This document shows positions 1 through 8,569 of a stretch of 64,000 bases of DNA, piece after piece; the stretch's first letter is position 1, and each line of letters starts with the position of its first letter. Below the pieces are notes generated by a model. That model was given only the letters and a program-made list of their open reading frames with translations. It did not search any database and had not been told where the DNA came from. The stretch is taken from NCBI GenBank assembly GCA_002441425.1, contig DJWB01000001.1, forward strand, positions 15,087 to 79,086. The letters run 5' to 3'. The position numbers were made by a program, and so were the translations under genes. Origin of the DNA: Patescibacteria group bacterium UBA6241. Lineage in GTDB: Bacteria > Patescibacteriota > Minisyncoccia > Phycocordibacterales > Phycocordibacteraceae.

Positions 1-626
1 TCAAGGGAACCGGGGTTTACCTGAAGGTGAACTCCGCCCTGAGAGCCTGCGGCTACGATCTCATCCGTGAGATCCAGTTGCGCGACTTGCGGGTCTTCGC
101 TGACCTCAAGCTGATTGACATCAGCGAGACGCTTTCCACGGACGGCGTTCTCTTGCGCGAGGCGAAGCCGGAGCTGCTCACCACCATGTGCGTCTCCGGT
201 GTCACTGCCATGCAGGCTCTGAAAGCTGAACTGCCGGACACGGAAGTGCTCGGCGTGACGGTGCTCACGAGCCTTGCGGACGCCGACACGCAGGCGATGT
301 TCACCTGCCAGACCGAGGAAGCCGTTATGCGGTTCGCCCAGGTCGCGGCAAACGCGAATATCGACGGCCTCATCTCGTCTCCCAAGGAGGTGGAGATGCT
401 TCGGGCAAAGTTTGGTCTCGTTCTGTCGCTCAACACGCCGGCCATCCGGCCGACGTGGGCGATCGTTCCGGGCGATGACCAAAATCCGGAGCGGATCATG
501 ACTCCGGAAAAGGCCATCAGGGCCGGAGCGGATCGCATCGTCGTGGGGCGTCCGATCGTGGGGGCTAAAAGCCCCTATGACGCGGTCATGCGCACCATTG
601 ATGAAATCGCCATGGCTACGTCGTAA
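1..626 (+). CDS. pyrF: orotidine 5'-phosphate decarboxylase, 5'-truncated at window edge (high-GC, GC3-rich codons)
   Basis: Frame is open from nt 3. Motifs DLKLIDI, VGRPI and the C-terminal region match OMP decarboxylase. The N-terminal ~45 aa lie outside the window. GC is far above the downstream DNA. Confidence 0.6.
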   Translation, partial: KGTGVYLKVNSALRACGYDLIREIQLRDLRVFADLKLIDISETLSTDGVLLREAKPELLTTMCVSGVTAMQALKAELPDTEVLGVTVLTSLADADTQAMFTCQTEEAVMRFAQVAANANIDGLISSPKEVEMLRAKFGLVLSLNTPAIRPTWAIVPGDDQNPERIMTPEKAIRAGADRIVVGRPIVGAKSPYDAVMRTIDEIAMATS

Positions 627-757
627 TCGGCGATATCCTTGCTTGCCAGCAGCCCCGTACTCAAAGAGTGCGTGGGCTGTTTTCCTTACTCTGCATTACA
701 AGCCAAAGGTCCATGCCATAATAAATACATACACATTGTACATAAGAGCAAACACCT

Positions 758-1234
758 ATGATTCCAAAAAACACCATTTGCCTCTGGTTTGATAAGGACG
801 CAGAAGAAGCAGCAAACTTTTACGCTGCTACCTTTCCTGATAGCAAAATATCTTCAGTCTTTAATGCGCCGAGCGACTTTCCGAGCGGGAAGAAGGGAGA
901 TGTCCTCACAGTGGAGTTTACTGTTTTTGGCATTCCATGTGTTGGCCTGAATGGAGGTCCAACCTTTAAGCAAAGCGAAGCATTCTCCTTTCAAATTGCA
1001 ACAGACACTCAGGAAGAAACAGACGAGTACTGGAATGCAATTGTTGGAAATGGAGGACAAGAGAGTGTGTGCGGATGGTGCAAGGATCGTTGGGGAGTAT
1101 CTTGGCAGATTACTCCTCGTACCCTCATTGAAGCACTTGCTGCAGGAGGAGCAGAAGCTGAGCGTGCCTTTAATGCCATGATGACCATGAAGAAGATTGA
1201 TGTTGCTGCTATTGATGCAGCACGAAAGGGATAA
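758..1234 (+). CDS. PhnB-like / 3-demethylubiquinone-9 3-methyltransferase-domain (VOC superfamily) protein
   Basis: 158 aa. Motifs ICLWFDKDAEEAANFY and C-terminal CGWCKDRWGVSWQI resemble the PhnB/YjdN family. Confidence 0.5.
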   Translation: MIPKNTICLWFDKDAEEAANFYAATFPDSKISSVFNAPSDFPSGKKGDVLTVEFTVFGIPCVGLNGGPTFKQSEAFSFQIATDTQEETDEYWNAIVGNGGQESVCGWCKDRWGVSWQITPRTLIEALAAGGAEAERAFNAMMTMKKIDVAAIDAARKG

Positions 1235-1241
1235 CTTACCT

Positions 1242-1850
1242 ATGAATCTCAGAAAGTTTTACATGGGCCGTGCAATAGGGTTTTTCATCCTTCTCGCTAT
1301 TGTCGGTCTGGTTGCTGCATTCTATTCATTTAATTCCTATATCTATAACGAGAAACAAGCACCTGCTGCAGCTGATTACAAAGATGCAGAATACAGAATT
1401 GATGGGACGCAAGTTCAGCTCAAAGACGGAGTAGCAGAGGTTGAAGCAGCACCCGGATCTGCTTCAAAGATAACGACTCGCTACTTTGGAAACGAGCACA
1501 AGACAGATATTAACGATGATGGGCGAGAGGATGTTGTCTTTTTGGTAACACAGGAGACCGGCGGAAGTGGGATTTTCTATTACGTAGTGGCAGCGCTCAA
1601 CACAGAACGTGGATACGTTGGTTCAGACGGGTATCTCTTAGGAGATAGAATTGCTCCTCAAACGATCAACGCAAGCCCGAATCCACGACATAAGAATGTT
1701 GTAGTCGCGAACTATGCCGATAGGGCTACTGGAGAGCCAATGACCGCACGACCTTCAGTTGGCAAAAGTGCATATTTGAAACTTGATGAGGCTAGCATGA
1801 TGTGGGGAATCGTTGAACCAGACTTTGAAGGGGAAAGTTCCGGTCTATAA
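1242..1850 (+). CDS. membrane-anchored hypothetical protein (N-terminal TM then extracytoplasmic domain)
   Basis: ATG at 1242 is in frame with ORF 1197..1850. One N-terminal TM is followed by the motif NSYIYNEKQ, which is also present in the 7953..8549 protein. Confidence 0.45.
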   Translation: MNLRKFYMGRAIGFFILLAIVGLVAAFYSFNSYIYNEKQAPAAADYKDAEYRIDGTQVQLKDGVAEVEAAPGSASKITTRYFGNEHKTDINDDGREDVVFLVTQETGGSGIFYYVVAALNTERGYVGSDGYLLGDRIAPQTINASPNPRHKNVVVANYADRATGEPMTARPSVGKSAYLKLDEASMMWGIVEPDFEGESSGL

Positions 1851-1887
1851 AACAAGGAAATAGCAGGGTAAAAGGGCAGATACGTCC

Positions 1888-1916
1888 TTGACACAACCCT
1901 ATATATGGTCTATTAT
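1888..1916 (+). promoter_or_regulatory. sigma70-like promoter TTGACA-N17-TATTAT
   Basis: TTGACA at 1888-1893, 17-nt spacer, TATTAT at 1911-1916. It points into the 2097..3233 gene. Confidence 0.4.
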
Positions 1917-1957
1917 AAGGAAAGAGATCTGGCCTTTGGCAATAGAAACTATCCATG

Positions 1958-2010
1958 TTCGGTTTCAGCTCTAAGTGGCTTACCTAAAGCATTTTAGAGC
2001 TGAAACCGAA
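1958..2010. repeat. 17-bp perfect inverted repeat (TTCGGTTTCAGCTCTAA ... TTAGAGCTGAAACCGAA) with a 19-nt loop, in the leader of the high-GC gene
   Basis: Arms at 1958-1974 and 1994-2010 are exact reverse complements. No U-tract follows on either strand, so it is not a classic intrinsic terminator. Confidence 0.7.
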
Positions 2011-2096
2011 TTCACCGATGGTGAGCGGCCAGCTGATACGCGTACACTGTATCGTGTTTTTCACTCACCATCATAAGAGAAATCTGGAGAGCTAAA

Positions 2097-3233
2097 ATGG
2101 TTAAAGAGACAAAGACCTTGGGCGAAAAGGTCCAGGAAGTCACGAACTGGTCCCTGGTGGACTGGTTGTCCGTGGTCTTCCCGCTGGTGTCGGCGTTCGC
2201 CACCTTCCACGGGGCGAACAAGCTGATCGGCAACAGCCTCTACGCCTTCGGCGTCGCAATCGTCGCCTTCTTCTTCATCGCGGCCTTCTATCGGTCGTAC
2301 CTGAAGTGGTATCCGTCGGCCAACGACAAGCAGAAGCGCAAGCTGCTGCTGCCGATGGTCGTCTTCGGCGTCTTCGCCATATGCCTGACCACACCGTTTT
2401 CGGTGGCCACCTTCGGTGGCGAGGTCGCGCTGCGCAAGGACTTCGAGCGGACGATCGCGACCGCAGAAGCGCGGACGAACCAGCGGATCGGCGACCTGAA
2501 CCGGGAGCTCGCGCTCTCGTCTTCGCTGGGCTCCTATGGTCGGCAATTCTCCGACCTGGCCCAGGCAGAAGCCGCCGGCTCCTTCACGGGCGTCAGCGGT
2601 CGCGGCGACGCGGCGGTCACCTTTGAGACGGTGGGCAGATCCCTGACGGCGATGAGCCGGCAGGTGGAAGCCAACCGTGCGGTCGTGGAGCGCCTGAAGG
2701 AGCAATCCAAGGCGATCATCCGCGACCTCCGCACCATCTCCTACCTGCGCGTCAGCCAGCAGGAGAAGGTCTCGCGGTTCGCCGCACGTCTGAACGATCT
2801 GAACGATCTGTTCGCCCAGATGGACGCCGCCTCAGTCCTGCCGTCGGTCGCGCAATCGGCCGGCAGCCTGGACATGGTCGCGAACCTGCGTTCGGGTGAG
2901 GCGGGCACGGACCTCGGTCAGCGCCAGTCGCAGACCATCGCCCGCGCCGGTGAGCTGGTGACCCGCGCACAGCAGGACATCAGCAAGACCACCGCCGACC
3001 TGACCAACCAGTCCGAGGAGCTGGCTCCGCTCGCCGTCATCGACGAGAGCGAGGCCATCTTCAAATACTGGCAGGTGATCATCTGGGCGTGGGCGGCCGC
3101 CATCGCTCTGGACTTCGCCCCGCTCCTGTTCCTGTTCATGCTCAGCCAATTCCACGGCATCGAGCGGACGCAGCGCCGGAGCGCGAAGAAGCCCAAGGAG
3201 GAGGACGGCAAGGTGACGCACCTGCGTCGCTAA
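2097..3233 (+). CDS. hypothetical membrane protein with a central coiled-coil region (3 N-terminal TMs, ~220-aa helical/coiled segment, C-terminal TM(s), basic tail), ~66% GC
   Basis: It is the longest ORF in a region where high GC opens ORFs in every frame. RBS GGAGAG lies 6 nt upstream, with promoter and terminator flanks. GC is ~20 points above its neighbours. Confidence 0.55.
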   Translation: MVKETKTLGEKVQEVTNWSLVDWLSVVFPLVSAFATFHGANKLIGNSLYAFGVAIVAFFFIAAFYRSYLKWYPSANDKQKRKLLLPMVVFGVFAICLTTPFSVATFGGEVALRKDFERTIATAEARTNQRIGDLNRELALSSSLGSYGRQFSDLAQAEAAGSFTGVSGRGDAAVTFETVGRSLTAMSRQVEANRAVVERLKEQSKAIIRDLRTISYLRVSQQEKVSRFAARLNDLNDLFAQMDAASVLPSVAQSAGSLDMVANLRSGEAGTDLGQRQSQTIARAGELVTRAQQDISKTTADLTNQSEELAPLAVIDESEAIFKYWQVIIWAWAAAIALDFAPLLFLFMLSQFHGIERTQRRSAKKPKEEDGKVTHLRR

Positions 3234-3280
3234 GTCGTCTCCTGCTCCTGTGAACGGATAGCTTCTAACGCCTACAAATG

Positions 3281-3316
3281 CCCCGGGGACCGAAAGGTTT
3301 CCGGGGTATTTCTTTT
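3281..3316 (+). terminator. rho-independent terminator (CCCCGGGGACC-GAAA-GGTTTCCGGGG + TATTTCTTTT)
   Basis: GC-rich hairpin followed by a T-rich tract immediately after the 2097..3233 stop codon. Confidence 0.55.
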
Positions 3317-3362
3317 GAAAACTACTTACATATAGATACATACCCCTGCTATACTCTTTGGT

Positions 3363-5963
3363 ATGAAAAAGGGTGTGCAACTAACTCTGCTTGGACTGCT
3401 CAGCATGTCCTTCTTTTTTAGTGTTGTTCCGCAGGTGTTTGCCGAGTGGGAACTTGCGGGAAGCAACAGTCTTGCAGGCACTACAAACGTAGCACTTCCT
3501 ATTACAGATCTTCAGATAACGGGAAGCGGAACTGAACCAATTCCAGTGAAACTTGTTGTAACAAGTGGGACACTTGCGATGAGCCAAACCACCGGGCTCA
3601 CTTTTACAGGAGGAACCTCAGGATCAACATTGCAATTTAGTGGAACTCAAGCAAACGTAAATGCAGCGCTTGCAACACTTACGTATACAAGGAGTGGCAC
3701 CGGCTCAGATACGTTGGAAGTGTCTTTGGTGCGTCCTGGGGAAGTCTTCTTTGAAGAGAATGGACACTTGTATGAATACATTTCAGATGCGGGTACGTGG
3801 AATGCAGCAAAACCAAAAGCTGAAGCACTCACGAGATATGGGGCAACAGGATATCTTGCAACGATTCTTTCTTCTGCAGAGAATGCATTCGTAACGGCAC
3901 GTCTTCTTGGTGCGGGCTGGATGGGAGCGAGCGATTCTGAATCTGAAGGAACCTGGAAGTGGGTAACCGGTCCTGAGACAGGGACATCGTTCTGGTCAGG
4001 TACTGCAGGGGGAAGCACCATAGGTGGAAATTACGCTAACTGGGGATCAGGGGAACCAAACCAGTCGGGGGAAGAAGATTGCGGGCAGTTTCTCGCGGGA
4101 GGCACAGGCAAATGGAATGACCTTCCTTGTGGAAGTAGCAGCCTTGCAGGATACGTTGCAGAGTTCGGTGCGTCCGGAGCACTTCCTACTGTGGTAGCTA
4201 AGAACATCACTATTACTACGAGTGCACTCCCTGTGGTGAGCACACTCTCTCCAGCAGACAACGCAACTGGAGTAGCTATTAATGCAAACCTCGTAATTAC
4301 TTTTAGCAAAACAGTTTCAACAAGCACCGGGGAGATTGCTATTAGAAAAGTGAGCGATGATTCGCTTGTTGAAAGTATCGCGGTTACGGGTGGACTAATT
4401 TCAGGAAGCGGGTCAAACACCATAACCATTAATCCAAGCACCACGCTCGCAGAGAGTACGGCGTACTACGTAACTATCCCGAACACTGCGTTCAAGGATA
4501 GTCTAGACAATTTCTATACAGGTACTGCTGCGAGTACTACTTGGAATTTCACAACAGGAGACTTTACTGCACCCGCCCTAAGTGCCATTACGGCAACCAG
4601 CACTGCTACAACATCAGTAATATCTTGGATCACTGCTGAGAATGCTTCAACGAAAGTAGTGTTCGGACTCACTACTGCATATGGAACCACAACTCCAGAG
4701 ACAAATACTTCGTCACGTGTCACATCTCACGAAGTAACGCTCACTGGTCTCGTGCGTTGCGCAACATACCATTACGCAGTCGTGTCTAGAGATGCAAGTT
4801 CAAACGCAGCCACCTCAACAGATAGCACACTAAGAACAACAGGCTGTACGGCTGAATCAGCCCCTACTACCGCTACATCAACTGCAATAACAACCTCTTC
4901 AGGAGGATCCTCTCAACTTACTGAAAACAGCACTACTATTACGGTAGATGCACCCGCGGACTTTACTGATGAATCATCCTCAGTTGTTATTCAAGTGCAG
5001 GCAATTGCGGGCGATACAATTCTGGCTTCGCTCGGAAGACCACAGAGCGTTCCGAGAGAAGTTGGGACTATTGTGTTTGATGTAAAGGCAATCATTGATA
5101 ACACTACGGTCCTTGATTCATTTGATAGTCCGGTAACGATTACATACCAATACGCTGATGCAGATACTGCAGGATTAGATGAACCTACTTTTTGGTTGTA
5201 TCACTATCATGACGATGCCTGGGAAGCACTAGATAGTTGTACGATTAATACAGATACAAACACTATTAGCTGTACTACTCCAAACTTCTCCATCTTTGGA
5301 TTGTTTGGACAAGCACTCGCCGCAGACTCCTCTCGTACGCATTCATCTACACGAGTAGGCTGTAAAGATGTTGCTGCTCAGAACTACGATGCCTTTGTCT
5401 CACACCGGCAAGATCTCTGCGTGTACAAAGCAAGCGCTACCCAAGCCCAAACAAGTGCGTTCACTCGAGATCTTACTCTAGGATCAGTAGGTGAGGACGT
5501 GCAGAGACTGCAAGTCTATTTAAACAATCACGGCTTTACGCTTGCAGCTACTGGACTCGGGTCTCCCCAAAACGAGACAACTACATTTGGAGCTCTTACG
5601 AGAGATGCGCTGAGCAAGTTCCAAATAGCAAAGGGAATTACTCCAGCTGTAGGATATTTTGGACCGCTGACTCGTTCATCCATACTGGATATGGTTACAA
5701 CGCCAATAGTACAAAATACTACTTCTGCGCTACGTGATCTTGAAATGGGAATGAATGGGGAAGATGTACGTAAACTACAAGACTTTCTTATATCTAAGTC
5801 TTTCACTATTGCAGCAGGCGCAACAGGATATTTCGGCAGCCAAACAAAGGATGCATTAATTGCGTATCAAAAGGCAAGTGCTATTAGTCCTGCAGCAGGA
5901 TACTTTGGTGCCCAAACCCGAGCGTATATACTACAGACTAATAAGGAATCAGCTTGGTGGTAG
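3363..5963 (+). CDS. secreted multidomain surface protein: signal peptide, C-type-lectin-fold domain, Ig-like/FN3-like repeats, two C-terminal peptidoglycan-binding (PG_binding_1-like) repeats
   Basis: Signal peptide MKKGVQLTLLGLLSMSFFFSVVPQVFA. C-type-lectin signature WMGASD..GTWKW..GEPNQSGEEDC..GKWNDLPC. Ig-like repeat NATGVAINANLVITFSKTV. Tandem PG-binding repeats GEDVQRLQVYLNNHGF and GEDVRKLQDFLISKSF. Confidence 0.55.
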   Translation: MKKGVQLTLLGLLSMSFFFSVVPQVFAEWELAGSNSLAGTTNVALPITDLQITGSGTEPIPVKLVVTSGTLAMSQTTGLTFTGGTSGSTLQFSGTQANVNAALATLTYTRSGTGSDTLEVSLVRPGEVFFEENGHLYEYISDAGTWNAAKPKAEALTRYGATGYLATILSSAENAFVTARLLGAGWMGASDSESEGTWKWVTGPETGTSFWSGTAGGSTIGGNYANWGSGEPNQSGEEDCGQFLAGGTGKWNDLPCGSSSLAGYVAEFGASGALPTVVAKNITITTSALPVVSTLSPADNATGVAINANLVITFSKTVSTSTGEIAIRKVSDDSLVESIAVTGGLISGSGSNTITINPSTTLAESTAYYVTIPNTAFKDSLDNFYTGTAASTTWNFTTGDFTAPALSAITATSTATTSVISWITAENASTKVVFGLTTAYGTTTPETNTSSRVTSHEVTLTGLVRCATYHYAVVSRDASSNAATSTDSTLRTTGCTAESAPTTATSTAITTSSGGSSQLTENSTTITVDAPADFTDESSSVVIQVQAIAGDTILASLGRPQSVPREVGTIVFDVKAIIDNTTVLDSFDSPVTITYQYADADTAGLDEPTFWLYHYHDDAWEALDSCTINTDTNTISCTTPNFSIFGLFGQALAADSSRTHSSTRVGCKDVAAQNYDAFVSHRQDLCVYKASATQAQTSAFTRDLTLGSVGEDVQRLQVYLNNHGFTLAATGLGSPQNETTTFGALTRDALSKFQIAKGITPAVGYFGPLTRSSILDMVTTPIVQNTTSALRDLEMGMNGEDVRKLQDFLISKSFTIAAGATGYFGSQTKDALIAYQKASAISPAAGYFGAQTRAYILQTNKESAWW

Positions 5964-5977
5964 GATAATTCAATTTC

Positions 5978-6682
5978 ATGTTTAAAGCTCTCTTCAACAA
6001 CTTAAAGGAACACGATAAGAACACGGCAATTGAAGGTATCATCCAGCACGCTACGCCCCGACAGGATTTCTTTATGATGCTTGTGTTGTCCGTGGCTATG
6101 GCATCGTTTGGAATTCTCTTACAAAGCACCGTTATCTTGGTGGGGAGTATGCTTATAGCTCCTTTGCTATACCCGCTTCTTTCTCTTGCTCTTGGCGTTA
6201 TTGTTGCAGATGAGAAGTTGCTTGGAAGATCCTTTTATACGCTTGGAAAGTCTATAGTTCTCGCGCTCGGTGCGAGTTTCATCATTGGATTCCTTTTCTC
6301 AGATCATAGTGGAGTAGCGCTCCTACCTCCTGGAGTTATCTCAAACGACTATTCTGCACTCATGTATGCAATTGTTGCAGCAATTGCAGGATTCGCTGCA
6401 GCGTTTGCAATGACGAAGCCACACTTAAACGAAACGCTCCCAGGAGTAGCCATCTCTGTTGCACTTGTGCCGCCGCTCGCTTCAGCTGGTGTTGCGCTCT
6501 CAGTATTTGAGTGGGGAGTGTTTAGCAATGCTCTCATGCTCTTTGTGGTGAACGTAATAGGTATTCTTTTCTCAGCAATGATTGTGTTTGCACTCCTACG
6601 CTTCTCAGTTAAGAAGACAGTAGCGGTTGAGATTATTAAAGAGGAGGAGAAGATTATTGAAGAGGAAAGGAGCGTTGCCTAG
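5978..6682 (+). CDS. DUF389/TIGR00341-like polytopic membrane protein
   Basis: Multiple TM helices with glycine-rich loops and a charged C-terminal tail. Family assignment from motif memory only. Confidence 0.35.
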   Translation: MFKALFNNLKEHDKNTAIEGIIQHATPRQDFFMMLVLSVAMASFGILLQSTVILVGSMLIAPLLYPLLSLALGVIVADEKLLGRSFYTLGKSIVLALGASFIIGFLFSDHSGVALLPPGVISNDYSALMYAIVAAIAGFAAAFAMTKPHLNETLPGVAISVALVPPLASAGVALSVFEWGVFSNALMLFVVNVIGILFSAMIVFALLRFSVKKTVAVEIIKEEEKIIEEERSVA

Positions 6683-6733
6683 TTATCCTCTATCTTCGCT
6701 AAAGGCATCCAAAGCAGTAGTACACTTATAGGT

Positions 6734-6922
6734 ATGAATATCTTTTCCAGAAGCTATACCTATAAGGGATGGCAAATAAGTCTCTTTAAACTTTCACTCG
6801 TTTGTTTTGGAATAATAGTTGGTGCGTATTGGCAAGAATACTTCCTCCAGCACCTGCTTACCCTTGGAGCAATTGCATTAGTTTTTGGGTTGTACATTTC
6901 GTACGTTACGTTTCGCCAGTAA
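6734..6922 (+). CDS. small two-TM membrane protein (hypothetical)
   Basis: 62-aa ORF with two hydrophobic helices, between the DUF389 and EamA genes. Confidence 0.3.
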   Translation: MNIFSRSYTYKGWQISLFKLSLVCFGIIVGAYWQEYFLQHLLTLGAIALVFGLYISYVTFRQ

Positions 6923-6928
6923 AACCAC

Positions 6929-7342
6929 ATGTCCTGGGTTCTCTTGGCGCTAATCGGAGCTATCTTTGCAGCTCTGGTGGCTATATTTGGAAAGATTGGT
7001 CTTGAGGGATTGGATTCAACTGTAGCTACAACTGTCCGTGCAGTTATCATGGCGGTGTTTCTTGTTGCTGTTTCTCTTGGGTTAGGGAAGCTCAGCTTTG
7101 AAGCACTCCCAACTGGAAGACCTCTTCTTTTCATTACACTTTCAGGTATTGCGGGAGCCCTCTCATGGCTCTTTATGTTCTCTGCGCTAAAACTTGGTCC
7201 TGCGCCTGGAGTGTCTGCTCTAGACAGAACAAGTGTGGTCTTTGTACTTATATTTTCTTTGTTATTTCTTGGAGCACAGTTCTCTTGGAAATCTCTGTTG
7301 GGTGCACTTATGATTGCAGCAGGAGCGATGTTGATGATTTAA
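6929..7342 (+). CDS. EamA-domain (DMT superfamily) small 4-TM transporter
   Basis: 137 aa with four TM helices. GKIGLEG and the C-terminal MIAAGAMLMI are typical of a single EamA domain. Confidence 0.45.
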   Translation: MSWVLLALIGAIFAALVAIFGKIGLEGLDSTVATTVRAVIMAVFLVAVSLGLGKLSFEALPTGRPLLFITLSGIAGALSWLFMFSALKLGPAPGVSALDRTSVVFVLIFSLLFLGAQFSWKSLLGALMIAAGAMLMI

Positions 7343-7362
7343 CTTTTGGTACACTAGGGGAA

Positions 7363-7914
7363 ATGAAGCCGAAACAGAAGAAGTGGGCGTATCAAAACAC
7401 GATCCTAGTCCTCATTAGTATTGGACTCTTTATTTTGCTTGCAGATACTCCTGCAGCAAAGCTCGTTATTGAGCACATTGGTTCATATGGATATCTAGGC
7501 TCCTTTATTGCAGGAATATTCTTTGTCTCAACGTTTACAGTAGCCCCCTCTGGTGCAGTTCTTTTCCATTTGGCAGAACAATACAACCCGATACTTATTG
7601 CACTCACGGCTGGAGCGGGAGGAGTTATTGGAGATCTTCTTATATTTAGATTTGTGCGTGGGGACGCGTTCGCAGAGCTTTCTCCAATCCTTGATCGTAT
7701 TAAAAGGCGCCCAGTGTTCGCTCTTTTTAAGAGCCCATACTTCGGATGGTTCACACCGGTACTTGGTGCACTCATTATTGCGTCTCCGCTCCCAGACGAA
7801 GCGGGTATTGGTCTTATGGGTCTCAGCAAGATTCGTGAGTGGCAGTTCATGCTTCTTACCTACGTACTTAATACTACCGGCATTCTTATTATTGTTCTTC
7901 TTACGCAAGCGTAA
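7363..7914 (+). CDS. polytopic membrane protein, possibly YqaA/DedA-related
   Basis: ATG at 7363 with RBS AGGGGA, in frame with the longer ORF 7165..7914. The hydrophobic core has the motif GAGGVIGDLLIFRFVRG. Confidence 0.35.
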   Translation: MKPKQKKWAYQNTILVLISIGLFILLADTPAAKLVIEHIGSYGYLGSFIAGIFFVSTFTVAPSGAVLFHLAEQYNPILIALTAGAGGVIGDLLIFRFVRGDAFAELSPILDRIKRRPVFALFKSPYFGWFTPVLGALIIASPLPDEAGIGLMGLSKIREWQFMLLTYVLNTTGILIIVLLTQA

Positions 7915-7952
7915 GGTACCAATCAGTTTCTCATGAAGGCTTCAGCCTTCCT

Positions 7953-8549
7953 TTGCTATACTTTATCCATATGCTGAAACCATTCCTATATCTTCTTGGG
8001 GCAATTGTTATTTTGGGCGGACTTTTTTACGCTCTTAATACCTATATCTATAATGAAAAACAGGGAGATCAGGGCTTCATTGATCCCAATACAGTCCTTT
8101 CATTTGAAGACTGTGAGGCTGCAGGCTATCCAGTAATGGAAAGTTATCCGCGCCAGTGTAAGACTCCTGATGGAAGGACATACGCAGAAGAACTACCTGA
8201 ACAGATCACGTATCTAAACGCGACTCCAGACATGATCTCTGTTTCTCTCCCGTTTCCTGGAGCAGTTACAGGGAAAGAGTTTGCTGTGCGAGGGGAAGCA
8301 AGAGGGAACTGGTACTTTGAAGCATCCTTTCCCATTACACTCCTAGATAAAGATGGAAAGGTTCTGGCAACCGCAATTGCGACCGCGCAGGGAGATTGGA
8401 TGACCACAGAGTTTGTTCCATTCACTGCACAAATTAAAGTTCCTGAATCATACATAGGTCCAGCGACTCTTGTCCTAAAGAAAGACAATCCATCAGGACT
8501 ACCTGAGAACGACGGATCAATTTCATTCCCAATTACCGTTGAGTATTAA
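7953..8549 (+). CDS. membrane-anchored Gmad2 Ig-like domain protein
   Basis: N-terminal TM plus NTYIYNEKQ. C-terminal motifs ARGNWYFEASFPITLLDKDGKVLA and GDWMTTEFVPF resemble the Gmad2 domain. Confidence 0.5.
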   Translation: MLYFIHMLKPFLYLLGAIVILGGLFYALNTYIYNEKQGDQGFIDPNTVLSFEDCEAAGYPVMESYPRQCKTPDGRTYAEELPEQITYLNATPDMISVSLPFPGAVTGKEFAVRGEARGNWYFEASFPITLLDKDGKVLATAIATAQGDWMTTEFVPFTAQIKVPESYIGPATLVLKKDNPSGLPENDGSISFPITVEY

Positions 8550-8569
8550 AAGGTAGATACGGACCTTCT

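Noticed and set aside
1958-2010. Interpreting the 17-bp inverted repeat upstream of the high-GC gene as an intrinsic terminator of the upstream gene
   Set aside because: No U-tract on either strand, and a consensus promoter lies upstream of it reading through. It is kept as a leader or operator structure instead.
2061-3380. Minus-strand ORFs (2061..2705, 2832..3380, 2918..3211, 2752..2970) and the plus ORF 2306..2626 overlapping the high-GC gene
   Set aside because: High GC removes stop codons in all frames. The 378-aa plus-strand ORF is longest, has an RBS, promoter, terminator and coherent TM/coiled-coil architecture. The others are treated as artefacts.
7165-7362. Upstream extension of ORF 7165..7914 overlapping the EamA gene
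   Set aside because: It overlaps the 3' end of 6929..7342 in another frame and is Cys-rich with no RBS. The internal ATG 7363 with AGGGGA is preferred.
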